Below, piece after piece: positions 11,180 to 22,260 of a DNA stretch of 64,000 nt (its first letter is position 1; every line of letters begins with the position of its first letter). Where the stretch lies: NCBI GenBank assembly GCA_030264375.1, contig JASCQW010000132.1:99236962-99300961 (forward strand), written 5' to 3'. The DNA is from Carcharhinus longimanus. Taxonomy: Eukaryota. The notes under the pieces were generated by a model. That model did not search any database. It worked only from the letters and a program-made list of their open reading frames with translations, and was not told the origin of the DNA. The translations under genes and the position numbers were made by a program.

Positions 11180-12720
11180 ATAACAACATCAAACAACAGT
11201 AAGTAGGTTTTCAGGAGTCTCTTAAAGGAACTTAGAGAGGCGGAGAGGTTTAAGGAGGGAATTCCAGAGTGTAGAGCTCAGACAGCAGAAGACACGACTA
11301 CCAGTGGTGGAGCACTTTAAATCAGGGATGACAAATGGGCCAGAATTAGAAATACATTCACAGAGGAGCACTCAGAAGGCTGTTGGACTGGAGTAGACTG
11401 CAGTAATAGCAAGGGATGCGACTGTGGAGGGATTTGAAAATAGGGATGAGAATTTTAAAGCACAGGCCAGTGAGCACCACGTGATGGGTGAACAGTTCTG
11501 GTGTGAGTAAGGACAACAGTGTCTTGGATGACCTAAAGTTGAGAAAGGGTAGGACGTGGGATGCCAACTAGAGATACATTGGAATAGTCAAGTTTAGAAG
11601 AAACAGAAGGATGGATGAGGGCTTCAGTAGCTGGTGAACTAAGGCAGGAGCAGAATCTTGTGATGTTCCAGAAATAAAGATAGTGTTGGCATAAAAAAGT
11701 GGTTTGGGAAGTTCATGTTGGGGTCGAATATGACACTAAGGAGGTGAAAAGTTTAGTTCAGGCTCAGATAGTTGCTGGGGGAAGGATGAAGTTGGTACCT
11801 AGGAAACAGAGTTTGTAGTGGGGAATGAAGACAATGGTTTTGGACTTCCAACATTTAATTTGACTAAATTACAGCTCATTTAGTAGTGAATACCAGGCAA
11901 GCAGTCTGATAAATTATCAACAGAAGAAAAGAGAGCTTGTACTGAGCTAGAGCTGAATGTCATCCGTGTACCTGTAGACACTTGCCCTGTGTTTCCAGAT
12001 CATGCTGCTGAGTACAGGGGGTAGCCAAGGATAGGTGGTGGCGTGTGAATGAAAAGAGAAGCCATTGCAAGTGAGACCCTGGCTATAACTGAAGCAAAAA
12101 ATTCAGTCAATTGGTCAAAAGTGAAGGAGGATGGTTCACTTGATTGTGTTGAAGGCTGCGGAGAGTTTGGGAGGGGTGGCAAGGAATCGTTTACATTTTC
12201 CAGAGGATTTCATTTCTCACTTTGATCAGAGCTGTTTCGGTATTCTGACAGGAATGGGAAACATGATTTGAGGAATTCAAACGTATTGCTCTGAAAAAGA
12301 TAGGTGCAGATTTGCGAGGTAACAATGTGTTGAAGGGTTTCAGAGAGAAAAGAGTGATTGGAAATGAGGTGGTAATTTGCAATGATGTTGGGGTCATTTA
12401 TTGTGGCAATGACAGCAGATTTTATTGAGTTGAGGACAGCATCTGAGGGGAGAGAAGTATTTACAATATTGGCTAACACCAGGAGGGGAATTTCAGTGAA
12501 CGGCAGTTGAGTGGGAGCTCGGGAGCAGGTGGCAGACATAGACACGAGGAACTTGGAAAGGATAAGAGGGGAGGCAGGAGAAAAACTACAGAATTGTGTG
12601 ACGTACGGATTAGGGCAGGATAAAACTGTAGAGGAAGTATTGCAAAGTGGGCTAAAAAGAAGGGAGGGAATTGACAGAGGCAGATAATTGTATCAGCTTC
12701 ATGATGAAGAGCTTCTCAAA
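11180..12720 (-). mobile_element. L2 (LINE2) RT and C-terminal fragment
   Basis: LANIVNTSLPSDAVLNSIKSAVI...DPNIIANYHLISNHSFLSETLQHIV, NTETALIKVRNEIL and FKILIPIFKSLHSRIPCYYCSLLQ correspond to the L2 motifs NYRPISNLPFLSK.LE, STETALIKV.ND and FKIL.L.FK.L.G.AP.YL. Confidence 0.85.
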
Positions 12721-13699
12721 CTTATTATTACAAGTTAGCAGACATGATAATGGATTTCAAAATTCAACTGAATTTTTTTAATTGCTTGGCTAACATGAAA
12801 TCTATCTCACTTCCTCAGTTAAAACATTTACTCAGGTTTATGGAACAAAGGCTGCAACAGGTACATTCATTTTCTTTCACTGCCTTTCAGTCACATGAAC
12901 ACATCAGTGAAAGATTTACATCCCACCGTTCAAAAAAAAATTCAAGGAATTTCACTTGTAGTTTTCAAAATTTGTCCTCTAGTTTTTCTCCAAATAATTC
13001 TGGAAAATGACTGAGGAAGAATTGTTGAGGTCAATGGTATATTACCCGTTATATAGCTGATTGAATGGTACTTGTGCAATCCTTTCTGTGGCTTGCTGCC
13101 TTGCTTGGTGGAGAGACTCGAGCATTTCTGAGTCGATCTCGTGATCGCTGCAATAAATTCCTGGATGGCCTCGCATGACAGTAAGGTTGAAAGGGCAGAA
13201 CCAGGCAAAGTGCAATCCAAAATGGATCTGGCAAAGACACTCATGTGATATTAATGGCTGCAATGGCAGATGGAGGCTGAAGCAGTAGGGAAATCCTTGC
13301 CACTGAAAGTGGAGCTACTTTCTGTCAAGTACCAAGTGTTTGCTAATGTGCAATGGCATTCCCATTTTAAAAGATGTCCCGCACCAGATGTCTATCTACA
13401 GGAAACCACATCCGACCATGCAAACAAGCCCTGCGGCAATCGCTGAGAGGTCACGGGGACAGGATCATGAGATCTAGAAGTCCCTGGATTCATGTTGGCA
13501 AACAGGCAGTGGAGTTTGACTCAGTTGTCTTAGAATAAGAAAAGGAGAGCTTTTCAGCCACTTCATTCACGGCTGAGCAGCTCTCTTCAGGATCTACTAT
13601 GCTCACCCCTCTATGCGGGGTGTTGCAAGAAATGCAACATCGTAAAAGTGCCTTAAAAATAGTCTGTTCCATCTGCAACCTGACTGGCAAATCACATTT

Positions 13700-13915
13700 G
13701 GCGGACTCACCCACCTGCTATAGCTCCAGTGGGCTCATCTATCTGCAGTAGATCCAGTGTGCCCGTTAACCTGTGGTAGATCTAGTGAACTCATCTATCT
13801 GCAGTAGATCCAGCGTGGCTGTTAACCTGTGGTAGATCCAGTGGACTCATCTACCTGAAGTAGATGCAGCACGCCTGTCTACCTGTGGTAGATCAAGCAG
13901 GCTTATTTACCAAGA
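13700..13915 (+). repeat. 28-bp minisatellite, ~7-8 units, with 56-bp higher-order period
   Basis: Units start at 13723, 13751, 13779, 13807, 13835, 13863 and 13891. They alternate between GATCCAGYGTG...GTTAACCTGTGGTA and GATCYAGTG.ACTCATCTAYCTG.AGTA. Confidence 0.9.
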
Positions 13916-13929
13916 AGTAAATGATACTA

Positions 13930-14660
13930 ACATCTCTCGTGGAACTAAAATATGTGGATGACATCGCCATCTCTGCATTCTCAGAATCTCCAAGCCATAC
14001 CTGATAGCTTCACGGAAACAGACCAAAGAATTGGTCTGAGCCTCAACCTCAACCTCAAGAAGACTCAAGTCTTCTGATAACCTGCCCTAGGGCAAGATCT
14101 GGTCTCTTCCTCCATCAAGGTCAATGGAGAAACCTCCCAATGTGGAACATTTCTCCTACCGAAGGAGCTATCTTTCATGTAAGGCTGACATTGATGTGGA
14201 GATTCAACATTGTGTCCAATCCACAGGTGCCATTTTTGGAGGCCTGAAGATGAGAGACTTTGATGACTGTAGCATTCATGCTGATAGGATCCTAATGTAC
14301 AAGGCAATCATCCTCCCAACTCTTCTATATGGCTGAGAAACTTGGACTCAAGGCCCTGTAGAAGAACTATCAATGCTCTCTGACATAGATTCTCTGCATC
14401 AGCTGGTAGGATAGGCATACTAACTGCAGCAACCTTGAAGGAGCTAAGAGCGTTAGCTTCCAGGCCATGATCTTCCAAAACCAACTCCACTAGGCTGGTC
14501 ATGCGCTTAGCGTGTCAGAGTTCTGACTGCCGAAGCAAATCTTCTTCACCCAGCTTAAGGAAGGCTATTAAACAAGAGGGGAACAAAGGAAGTGCTTCAA
14601 AGGCACCCCAAAGACTTACTTCGAGAAATACAACATATATGTTAAGGCCTAGGAAACCCA
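13930..14660 (+). mobile_element. RTE-clade LINE RT C-terminal fragment
   Basis: ELKYVDDIA, GLSLN..KKTQV and NVEHFSY..SYLSCKADIDVEIQHCVQSTGAIFGGL....MYKAIILPTLLYG match RTE/BovB-like motifs. Many stops and frameshifts. Confidence 0.85.
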
Positions 14661-14664
14661 CTCA

Positions 14665-14756
14665 TCACTCCTCTGGTGAAGCAGCAACACTCCGAAAGCT
14701 TGTGATTCCAAATAGAAATGTTGGACTTTAACCTGGTGTTGTGAGACTTGTTACTG
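14665..14756 (+). mobile_element. Penelope-like terminus (family A) with decayed hammerhead core
   Basis: CTGGTGAAGCAGCAACACTCCGAAAGCTTGTG...CCAAATAGAAATGTTGGACTTTAACCTGGTGTTGTGAGACTTG. Confidence 0.7.
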
Positions 14757-15829
14757 AATATTTTAGATTGCAATATCTAAAGTTAATTGATAACAGTACA
14801 GGGTAAAAATATCAATTACAAACCTCTCTCAATTTGGAATAGACTGAGACCTTGAAGTAAACATTTTGACAAAGGTATAAAAAGGCACCACTGGTCAAAG
14901 CAAAACTAATTTTGTTGTGCTTTTGTGAAATATATAATTTTTTAATATTTTCATTTAAATCTTATCTGGGACATTTGAAATTAACTTTTCAGAAAACTGT
15001 AATGTCCCAATGACCAAATTATGTAATCAATTACCAAAATTACATGGACAAAATGCTTTACAAATGTGGACCCTAGGATTTATCATCAGAAAAATTACAC
15101 AAAAGTATCACAATGATCTTTCAACTGAGGAGCCACCGCATATCACAATATAACTTGTGACTGGGTGACATTTGAGGCCAGCAGCTCCAAAAACAGCTAA
15201 GATTCACACTTCACTGTATGATATAATTACATTAATTGAAGAAGATGTCTCAAGGTACTCCATAGGAAAGTAATCAGGCAAATATTGGGCTGAATAATGC
15301 GCCTGTATGTCGATGGTGGGTTCTGCACCTGGAGGTTGGTAGCATTCCAACTTCCTTGCCCATCATTGCTGCATGCCCAATAATATGTTAATTGCCAACA
15401 GTTAGCAGTCAGGGCAGGTTACAGACCATTGATGGTCATCATTGCACCCAGTGAGTGCTGGAGAGTAGGATGTCCAGTCTCAGATGCTGCAGGTTGTGAT
15501 ACGGAACAAGGTAACAGCCAGCATTTGAAAGGGCATGGAATAGTCTCAGGAGATCCATCAGATGATCCCTGGAGAGCAGAAACTTTACACCATGACAATT
15601 TGTGAATTTTCTATTCTCACCAGGTGAGTCAATCTAAAATTGATCTAATCTCTGTCAACTATTTCAATCTTTATAGGTGGCACAATGTTTACAATTCAGC
15701 AAGTCTCCCGCCTTTGGCATTGAGGAGTTGTACAAGTTTTACATATTTCCATGCATATATGTCTGCCCCTTCGAAGCATGGAGGGAAGCATTCTGTAAGG
15801 GGCAAAGTTGCCCACAGATAAAGTGAGGC

Positions 15830-16030
15830 CATTTTTGGTGCCAACCTGTGTGCAGTACATGCTAGACACAACCAACTTATGCCAAGCACTGAGAAGAGGA
15901 GGAAACCCAGGCAGACTCGTGCTGCATGGGAGGAAGTGGCCAACAAGGTCACCAGTGTCGACATGGTGAGAAGAACTTTGGCCCCAGTGCCACAAAAGGC
16001 GCAATGATTTCATGAGGTCAGTTGCAGGTA
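15830..16030 (+). mobile_element. Harbinger Myb/SANT-like DNA-binding gene remnant
   Basis: From 15909 reads RQTRAAWEEVANKVTSVDMVRRT, then after a frameshift WPQCHKRRNDFMRS. This fits the Myb/SANT (trihelix) motif AW.EVA..V.......RT..QC.K..ND. Probably part of a larger element spanning ~15290-16360. Confidence 0.65.
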
Positions 16031-16649
16031 GCTTTATCACTGACTGCATACCCTTGGGGCAGCATAGGCTCATCTGAACCTCCATTGACAGTTTCTGGGT
16101 TCCTTCTGACTCTCAGGGTCTGGCAATGCTCTGTCACCTCCATGAGGAACCACAGTGTACTGAGCTCCACTCTGTTCCTTTCTTCCTCACACCCTCCTCC
16201 TCCTACCCTTCTCATCTCTTCACTGGAGGTTTCATCACCAACTGAGACCACAATCACTGTTTGTCTCAGACACTTTTCACCTCTCATTCCCAGGTACAGA
16301 GAGGAAAATAAAGAGCCCCCTAACTCAGAGGACAGCCCTCCTCCTGAAACAATATCCTACAGGGTTACTTTGTCCACTCAAATGAACTGTCCCTTCAGTC
16401 AATGGAGTTTGAATTGCATAGCTACTGCAGTTCAGTTTTATAACTCACCCAAACATGCTTGCCCTTAAAAAACAGATCCCCACCTATCATAAATCTTACC
16501 CTGAAGGTGAATTATTGCCTTCTGACCACATTATTGCAGTAAGATAGGTAGTTATTTAGCTCAATTGTCTTTTCAATTGATACTTAAATAACCTGGGCAG
16601 ATTCCCAACTTTTTGACCCATCCACGTGCCATATCCATGTATCTTAGAA

Positions 16650-16942
16650 ACATAAGTCATAGAAACATAGAATTCTTAATGTGCAGAAGGAGGCCATTCA
16701 GCCCATCGAGCCTGCACTGACAACAGGTCTATTTCTGCAACCCCATGCGTTTGCCCTGTTAATTAATATCCCTGACACCAAGAGGCAAATTACCGTGGCC
16801 AATCAACCAGGACATCTTTGGACAGTGGGAGCAGGAAACCCACAGAGATGTGGGGAGAACTCCATACAGATAGTGACCTAAGGCCTGAATTGAACCCGGT
16901 CCCTGGCACTGTGAGGTAATAGTGCTAACCACCATGCTGCCC
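16650..16942 (-). mobile_element. HE1/V-SINE-type tRNA-derived SINE
   Basis: tRNA-like head (GGGCAGCATGGTGG..TTAGCACT..GGGTTCAATTC on minus), V-domain-like centre and CR1-derived tail (GGGCTGAATGGCCTCCTTCTGCAC). Confidence 0.8.
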
Positions 16943-17676
16943 AGAAACAGCAGAAACCAGCATTAAAGTGTTGTAAACAATTACCCAATAGCATTGCATC
17001 CCATAATAGAGCGGGAAACACTCGCAATCTTGGAGCATATTATTCAGACCATTGTTACTGTGATGCAAAAGCAGATCTTATAAGCTTGACAGGGAGTATT
17101 TTGTAAAGATGGGCAATAAGGATAATGGGAAAGGTAAATATGAAATTTACTTTAAACTAAAATGCATGAATTGGACAATCGGGACATCACTTGAAACTTC
17201 TACATTTCAGAATGGTTCAGGATGTCCCTCTTCACACAAAAGAAAGATTTTAACTCTTGTTGCTGTGCAAGAAACATATGATTAAAAATCAGTCACCTCT
17301 TTTACATCTTTTCCTGCAGAAAGAAAACAAGGCGAGTGGTAAAACAAGATGTCATTTTGCTGTCACCACTTTTCCACCTGGTAATAAATGTTAACATTCC
17401 CCAAAGTGATCGACATATAGAATGACCTTCCACTTGAAGTAATGGAGACAATAATCCTGGAATTATTTAAGAAATGATTAGATGCTAAACTATGGGTCTT
17501 ATTGTTTTATTGAATGGAAGAATTAAAGTGTGCTTAATGATCACCTTGTCAGTCTGAGGGGGTTTGAAGCCAGAAGTAGAATCTACCTGAACTCCAAAAT
17601 GGTACATATTAGGGAAGGAAACAGTGCATTTTTGCTATGTGCTTCAATGTTTAAATCATCTGACAAAGAAATACAG

Positions 17677-18010
17677 TATGGAATGAAATCCCTACAGTGC
17701 AGAAGGATGCTCATCAAGTCTGCGCTGACTCTCCAAAAGTGCACTCTACTTAGTCCCAGTCCCCCACCCTATCTATGTAAACCTATGCATTGAACTTCAA
17801 TCCACCTTACCTACACATCCAAGGGGCAATTTTAGCGTGGCCAATCCACTTAAACTGCTCATCTTTGGACTGTGGGAGGAAACCAGAGCAGCTGGGGGAA
17901 ACCCATGCAGACACAGGGGGAATATGCTAACTCCGCACAGACAATCACCCAAGGCCAGAATGGAACGTGGGTGCCTGGCACTGTGAGCCAGTAGTGCTAA
18001 CCATCCGCCC
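17677..18010 (-). mobile_element. HE1/V-SINE-type SINE
   Basis: TTTAGCGTGGCCAATCCACTTAA...TCTTTGGACTGTGGGAGGAAACCAGAGCA...GAAACCCATGCAGACACAGGG is the reverse of the V-domain. Confidence 0.85.
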
Positions 18011-18108
18011 TTAAAACCTATTAGATTACTGCGATAGTCAGATCAGTTGAATATACATATTGAAAATGTACTCTATACTTAATGTGTTGGTACGATTGCA
18101 AAGAAATG

Positions 18109-18296
18109 CTGGGACTTAGCGCAGTATTCTCCCACTTTGAGACTAAGTGCCATGGCAGGACAGGAAAATGGAGGATGGGATTTTCCAGCCACACTCGCCC
18201 CAAAACCAGAAAATCCTGCCCGAGGTCAATGGACGTTTGCATGGCCTGCCCCCATCTACTACAATTCCCATGGCAGGCAGGACTGGAAAATTCCAC
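18109..18296. mobile_element. Harbinger-type MITE fragments next to a gap
   Basis: GGATGGGATTTTCCAG...CTGGAAAATTCCAC TIRs (18172-18296), homologous to 3733-3853. Preceded by a TATTCTCCCACTTTGAGACTAAGT end similar to the reverse of 53630-53660. Confidence 0.55.
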
Positions 18297-18865
18297 NNNN
18301 NNNNNNNNNNNNNNNNNNNNNNNNNNNNNNNNNNNNNNNNNNNNNNNNNNNNNNNNNNNNNNNNNNNNNNNNNNNNNNNNNNNNNNNNNNNNNNNNNNNN
18401 NNNNNNNNNNNNNNNNNNNNNNNNNNNNNNNNNNNNNNNNNNNNNNNNNNNNNNNNNNNNNNNNNNNNNNNNNNNNNNNNNNNNNNNNNNNNNNNNNNNN
18501 NNNNNNNNNNNNNNNNNNNNNNNNNNNNNNNNNNNNNNNNNNNNNNNNNNNNNNNNNNNNNNNNNNNNNNNNNNNNNNNNNNNNNNNNNNNNNNNNNNNN
18601 NNNNNNNNNNNNNNNNNNNNNNNNNNNNNNNNNNNNNNNNNNNNNNNNNNNNNNNNNNNNNNNNNNNNNNNNNNNNNNNNNNNNNNNNNNNNNNNNNNNN
18701 NNNNNNNNNNNNNNNNNNNNNNNNNNNNNNNNNNNNNNNNNNNNNNNNNNNNNNNNNNNNNNNNNNNNNNNNNNNNNNNNNNNNNNNNNNNNNNNNNNNN
18801 NNNNNNNNNNNNNNNNNNNNNNNNNNNNNNNNNNNNNNNNNNNNNNNNNNNNNNNNNNNNNNNNN

Positions 18866-18970
18866 CTCAAGAACAACTTCTTCCCTGCTGCTGTCAGACT
18901 TTTGAATGGACTTACCTTGCATTAAGTTGATCTTTCTCTACATCCTATCTATGACTTTAACACTACAAAG
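18866..18970 (+). mobile_element. LINE 3' end (Rex1/L2-like)
   Basis: LKNNFFPAAVRLLN matches the R..NSFFP.AIRL.N terminal motif. The rest probably lies in the 569-N gap. Confidence 0.6.
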
Positions 18971-19239
18971 TCTCTCCCAACCATCAAACCCACCAGCGGA
19001 GCTTGGGCGAATTCTTCCCTTAATTCCCAATTAGGAAGCAGGAAGGATATTATTGTACAAAAATCATGTTGTATGGGCTTTTATGGTTAATGCTTCCTGT
19101 TAGTGCTGCTCCTTACGAGGAGTGACCAATTGGTAAATCATCCTATTTTGTTCAGTTCTGGAATGGCACATCACACGTATGGATACTCATACAGTGCAGA
19201 ATGTTCAGATAGAGGTAAATGACAACTTACATTAAGATT

Positions 19240-19520
19240 GGGACCTTTGACATAGCAAAGGTATCCAAAGGCACTTAAACTGGGGGGTGATAAAATTAAG
19301 TTTGACACCAAGGCACAGAAAGAGGTATTAGAACAAAATACTAAAAACTTGGTCAAAGAGGTAGGTTGTAAAGATAATCGTAAGAAGTTGGAGTGAAAGT
19401 TGGAGAAACTGAGAGGTTAAGTGAAGAAATTCCAGAGCTTTGGGCCTCAGAAGCTGAAAGCAGAACAAATAAAAGTGGAAATACACGAATCACCAACACT
19501 GGATGAGAACAGATGTCTCA
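19240..19520 (-). mobile_element. L2 3' end fragment
   Basis: AAAACTTGGTCAAAGAGGTAGGTT...GAGAGGTT...AATTCCAGAGCTTTGGGCCT resembles 11200-11290. Confidence 0.6.
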
Positions 19521-20194
19521 GTTCGCCATTATACTTGGGGGGGCAGGGGGGAACAGGATTCTTCAGGCAATAAAAGAGTATACTTTTGTTATTTACTTGC
19601 AATATTTAAATAATTTAGCAAAGCAATCAAAAACATAATAGAGTATTATGATTTTTACTCAGAACAGTGCAGCATAAACCTTGACAAACTATTCTTAACT
19701 TGAAAATGTGCAGGTCAGACTACATTTAAAATGCTGGAACTTAATCCCCAGTTGGGCACACCTGGTGAGAAGCTGATGTTAAATCTAAATGAGATGAGTT
19801 AGAAGGCAAGATTATAGCAGCTCAATCTTTATATTCTCGTGAGAAGGCAGATAAGGGTGGTATACAAAACATTAAACAATATTGGTAAGGCAATCCCAGA
19901 TATCAACTTCAAAGGAATGTAAGTCTAAGGTGCATAATTTCAATAAGTGGAAATCATTTCAAATTCTTGCTTGAGAGCAATTCCTCACTCATACAAAAAG
20001 ATAAATTTCGAAAATAATCTGCCTGGCTGGATAATACAGAGAAAAAGATTAATAATATTTAAAATACTAAAACCAGAGAGTTAAAGTAATAGATGAATAT
20101 GCTTCAAAGGGCAGAGTGCACGTTCTGCACTCTTGAATTTTTAATGTTTTTATTTGGCACCAGTTTGCTAAAGAGTTGATTAAACCTAATTTAT

Positions 20195-20482
20195 AAATAA
20201 AAGCATAAAATTCTGGAAAATCTATAGCAAGTTAGTATGCATCAAAAAGATTAGCCAAACTCTGGTGAACATTTCATGCAGAACCTTTCAATGGAACATT
20301 TTAAAAAAGCAACTCTCAATGAAAAGGTCAAGTGAAGGCAAATTTGATGAGTCAGGAAAAGCAAGCTGGCTGGAAACATGAGAAGGGTTGTTTCTGATGA
20401 AAGGTTACGTCTGAAATATGAACCTGTTTCACATGTTGACTGACTTTCTGAGCATTCCAGCATTTTCTGTTTTTATTTCACA
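20195..20482. mobile_element. Inverted pair of family-B Penelope-like termini
   Basis: The plus copy reads CTGATGAAAGGTTACGTCTGAAATATGAAC...CATTCCAGCATTTTCTGTTTTTATTTCA (20394-20480). An older opposite-strand copy, AAATAAAAGCATAAAATTCTGGAAAATC, starts at 20195. Confidence 0.55.
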
Positions 20483-21759
20483 TTAACGCATAATTGTATT
20501 TTTATTCTCATTTTATATTAGCCCCAAGTCCATTTTCACTTGTTTACTTGAACTTCCACAAATTTAACAAAGTATATCCAGGGTGCATATGTAGCCAGAG
20601 TCTGTCTTAAATTTAATTATAAAAAATTACATTTTCTAATTAGAGCAGAAAAGGTATCGTTACATGATAGTTACAAATAGTTACACTTACTCGACTAATA
20701 GTTTTCATGCAACAACAAAATAACCAAATTTGTTTCTTCTCCTTTATGTTTAGAGATTGCAAAATGTCAATGTTTCTATACACTTAAAAATGACAGATTT
20801 ATAAAATTGATGTCCATATCTCTTACCCACTTAGTTCAAGACTTACTGAAACTAAATCATAACTTATTTATACTGATCCATTCAGATTTGATGATCTTTT
20901 CAGTCAGATATCTTAAAAGTTAAAAGGCTGACTATGCACCCATGTTATGTTGGCTGTTGGATAACGTTTAAACCAACTGAATGTGAATGAGCTCTTACCA
21001 GTGCAAGTCCAAAGCTTTTGAATTCCAGTATGATGGAATGAATTTCACATACAAAGTATGATTATCTTTGAAGGTGCGTGCACCTATGCACCTTAGAAGG
21101 TCAATGTGTAGAATGATGCTCAATGTTGGGGTAACTGGAAGCCAAAGAAACAAATCCCCACATGAGTGCAGTGGCATATAATTTAGAGAGCAGCAGTGCT
21201 ATTGCTGTTGTTTTTGATAGAACCAATTCCCCCATGCCAGCCAATTAATTACTAAGGAACATTGATATCATTCAGTACCTTTATCTGGGAGGATCTTATT
21301 TTGCTTTTGCAAACACGGACATTGGTGTCATAATGAAATGTTGGTAAGTGCATTGTTACTTAGAATGTATTTAAAGTGCTTTGATTCACCATCATTTAGC
21401 AAACAGTTCGAATGCGACACAGTATCAACAACATCAAAAATTTGTATTTATATGTCCAACAATACCAAGGAAAACTCTGCCAAATATCTAACAATTTTAC
21501 CTTATGCCAGGTTGGCTGTGTAGAAAATTGAATAATTTTAATTAAAAAATAATCTCATCACTTTTAAAGCACTGTAAATGCATTTGTTGAGTTCATCCTT
21601 TCTAGGATTTGGTGCCACATATAAATTGTCATGCCTGAAATGTAACCCCATACAATCTGCCCACCCCTTCCTTCTTCACAAAATAATCTTAAGAAAAGTT
21701 TGCAAAAAGACCACCGCAATGTGTCAAGGGTCACCTGAGCTTTCCTTTTTTCCCCCTTT

Positions 21760-22260
21760 TTTTTCTTTTGCAACGTTCACATGAGATTACAGTTACATTG
21801 TGCTATGGAGTAAGATGCGCCTAAATACAGCTGAAAGTTGTGTCAAGCATCAGTGGGTGTGGCTGCTGAACTCTGTGACTTGCTGTTCCCAGCTGGGCTA
21901 TGCCATTGTAGGGAGATTCACCCAATGCACTTGTGAAACTGGATAAATGGATTAGAGGGATCAGAGATACCGCCAGCTTCTTAAAAAGGAAAGCAGCAGC
22001 TTACAAAAAGGATGACATTTGTGTACCAGGGCAGAGGGTATGTGAATGCTCTGCCTCTGCCACACAGACAAGTGATAAACTTTTAATAGCAGCCACATCA
22101 AACTGTCTAATTCTCCACCCTAATGAAAGATATTTTTATTGGAGAATTATTTCAACCTTTGGAGTCATCAGCAATAAAATGTGACAAATTAAATGGACCT
22201 ATGAAGTTTACATTATTGTATTATTTGTTAGATATAGCCAGCAGTGTGCTTTGGAATGTT
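21760..22260. promoter_or_regulatory. Candidate conserved non-coding enhancer downstream of Irx1
   Basis: Unique non-repetitive block rich in homeodomain cores (GGATTA at 21949, TAAT/ATTA) and with ACATCAAA. Conservation is inferred, not measured. Confidence 0.4.

Noticed and set aside
13700-13915. CRISPR-like array (28-bp period with hairpins)
   Set aside because: The units are contiguous with no unique spacers, there are no cas genes, and the context is vertebrate. It is a minisatellite.
16022-16468. 148-aa Ser/Pro/Thr-rich ORF
   Set aside because: It lies in a decayed Harbinger-like element after a frameshifted Myb/SANT remnant and shows no sign of being a host gene.
18082-18930. Several long ORFs (205-282 aa) on both strands
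   Set aside because: They are open only because they run through a 569-N gap; the flanks are MITE and LINE sequence.
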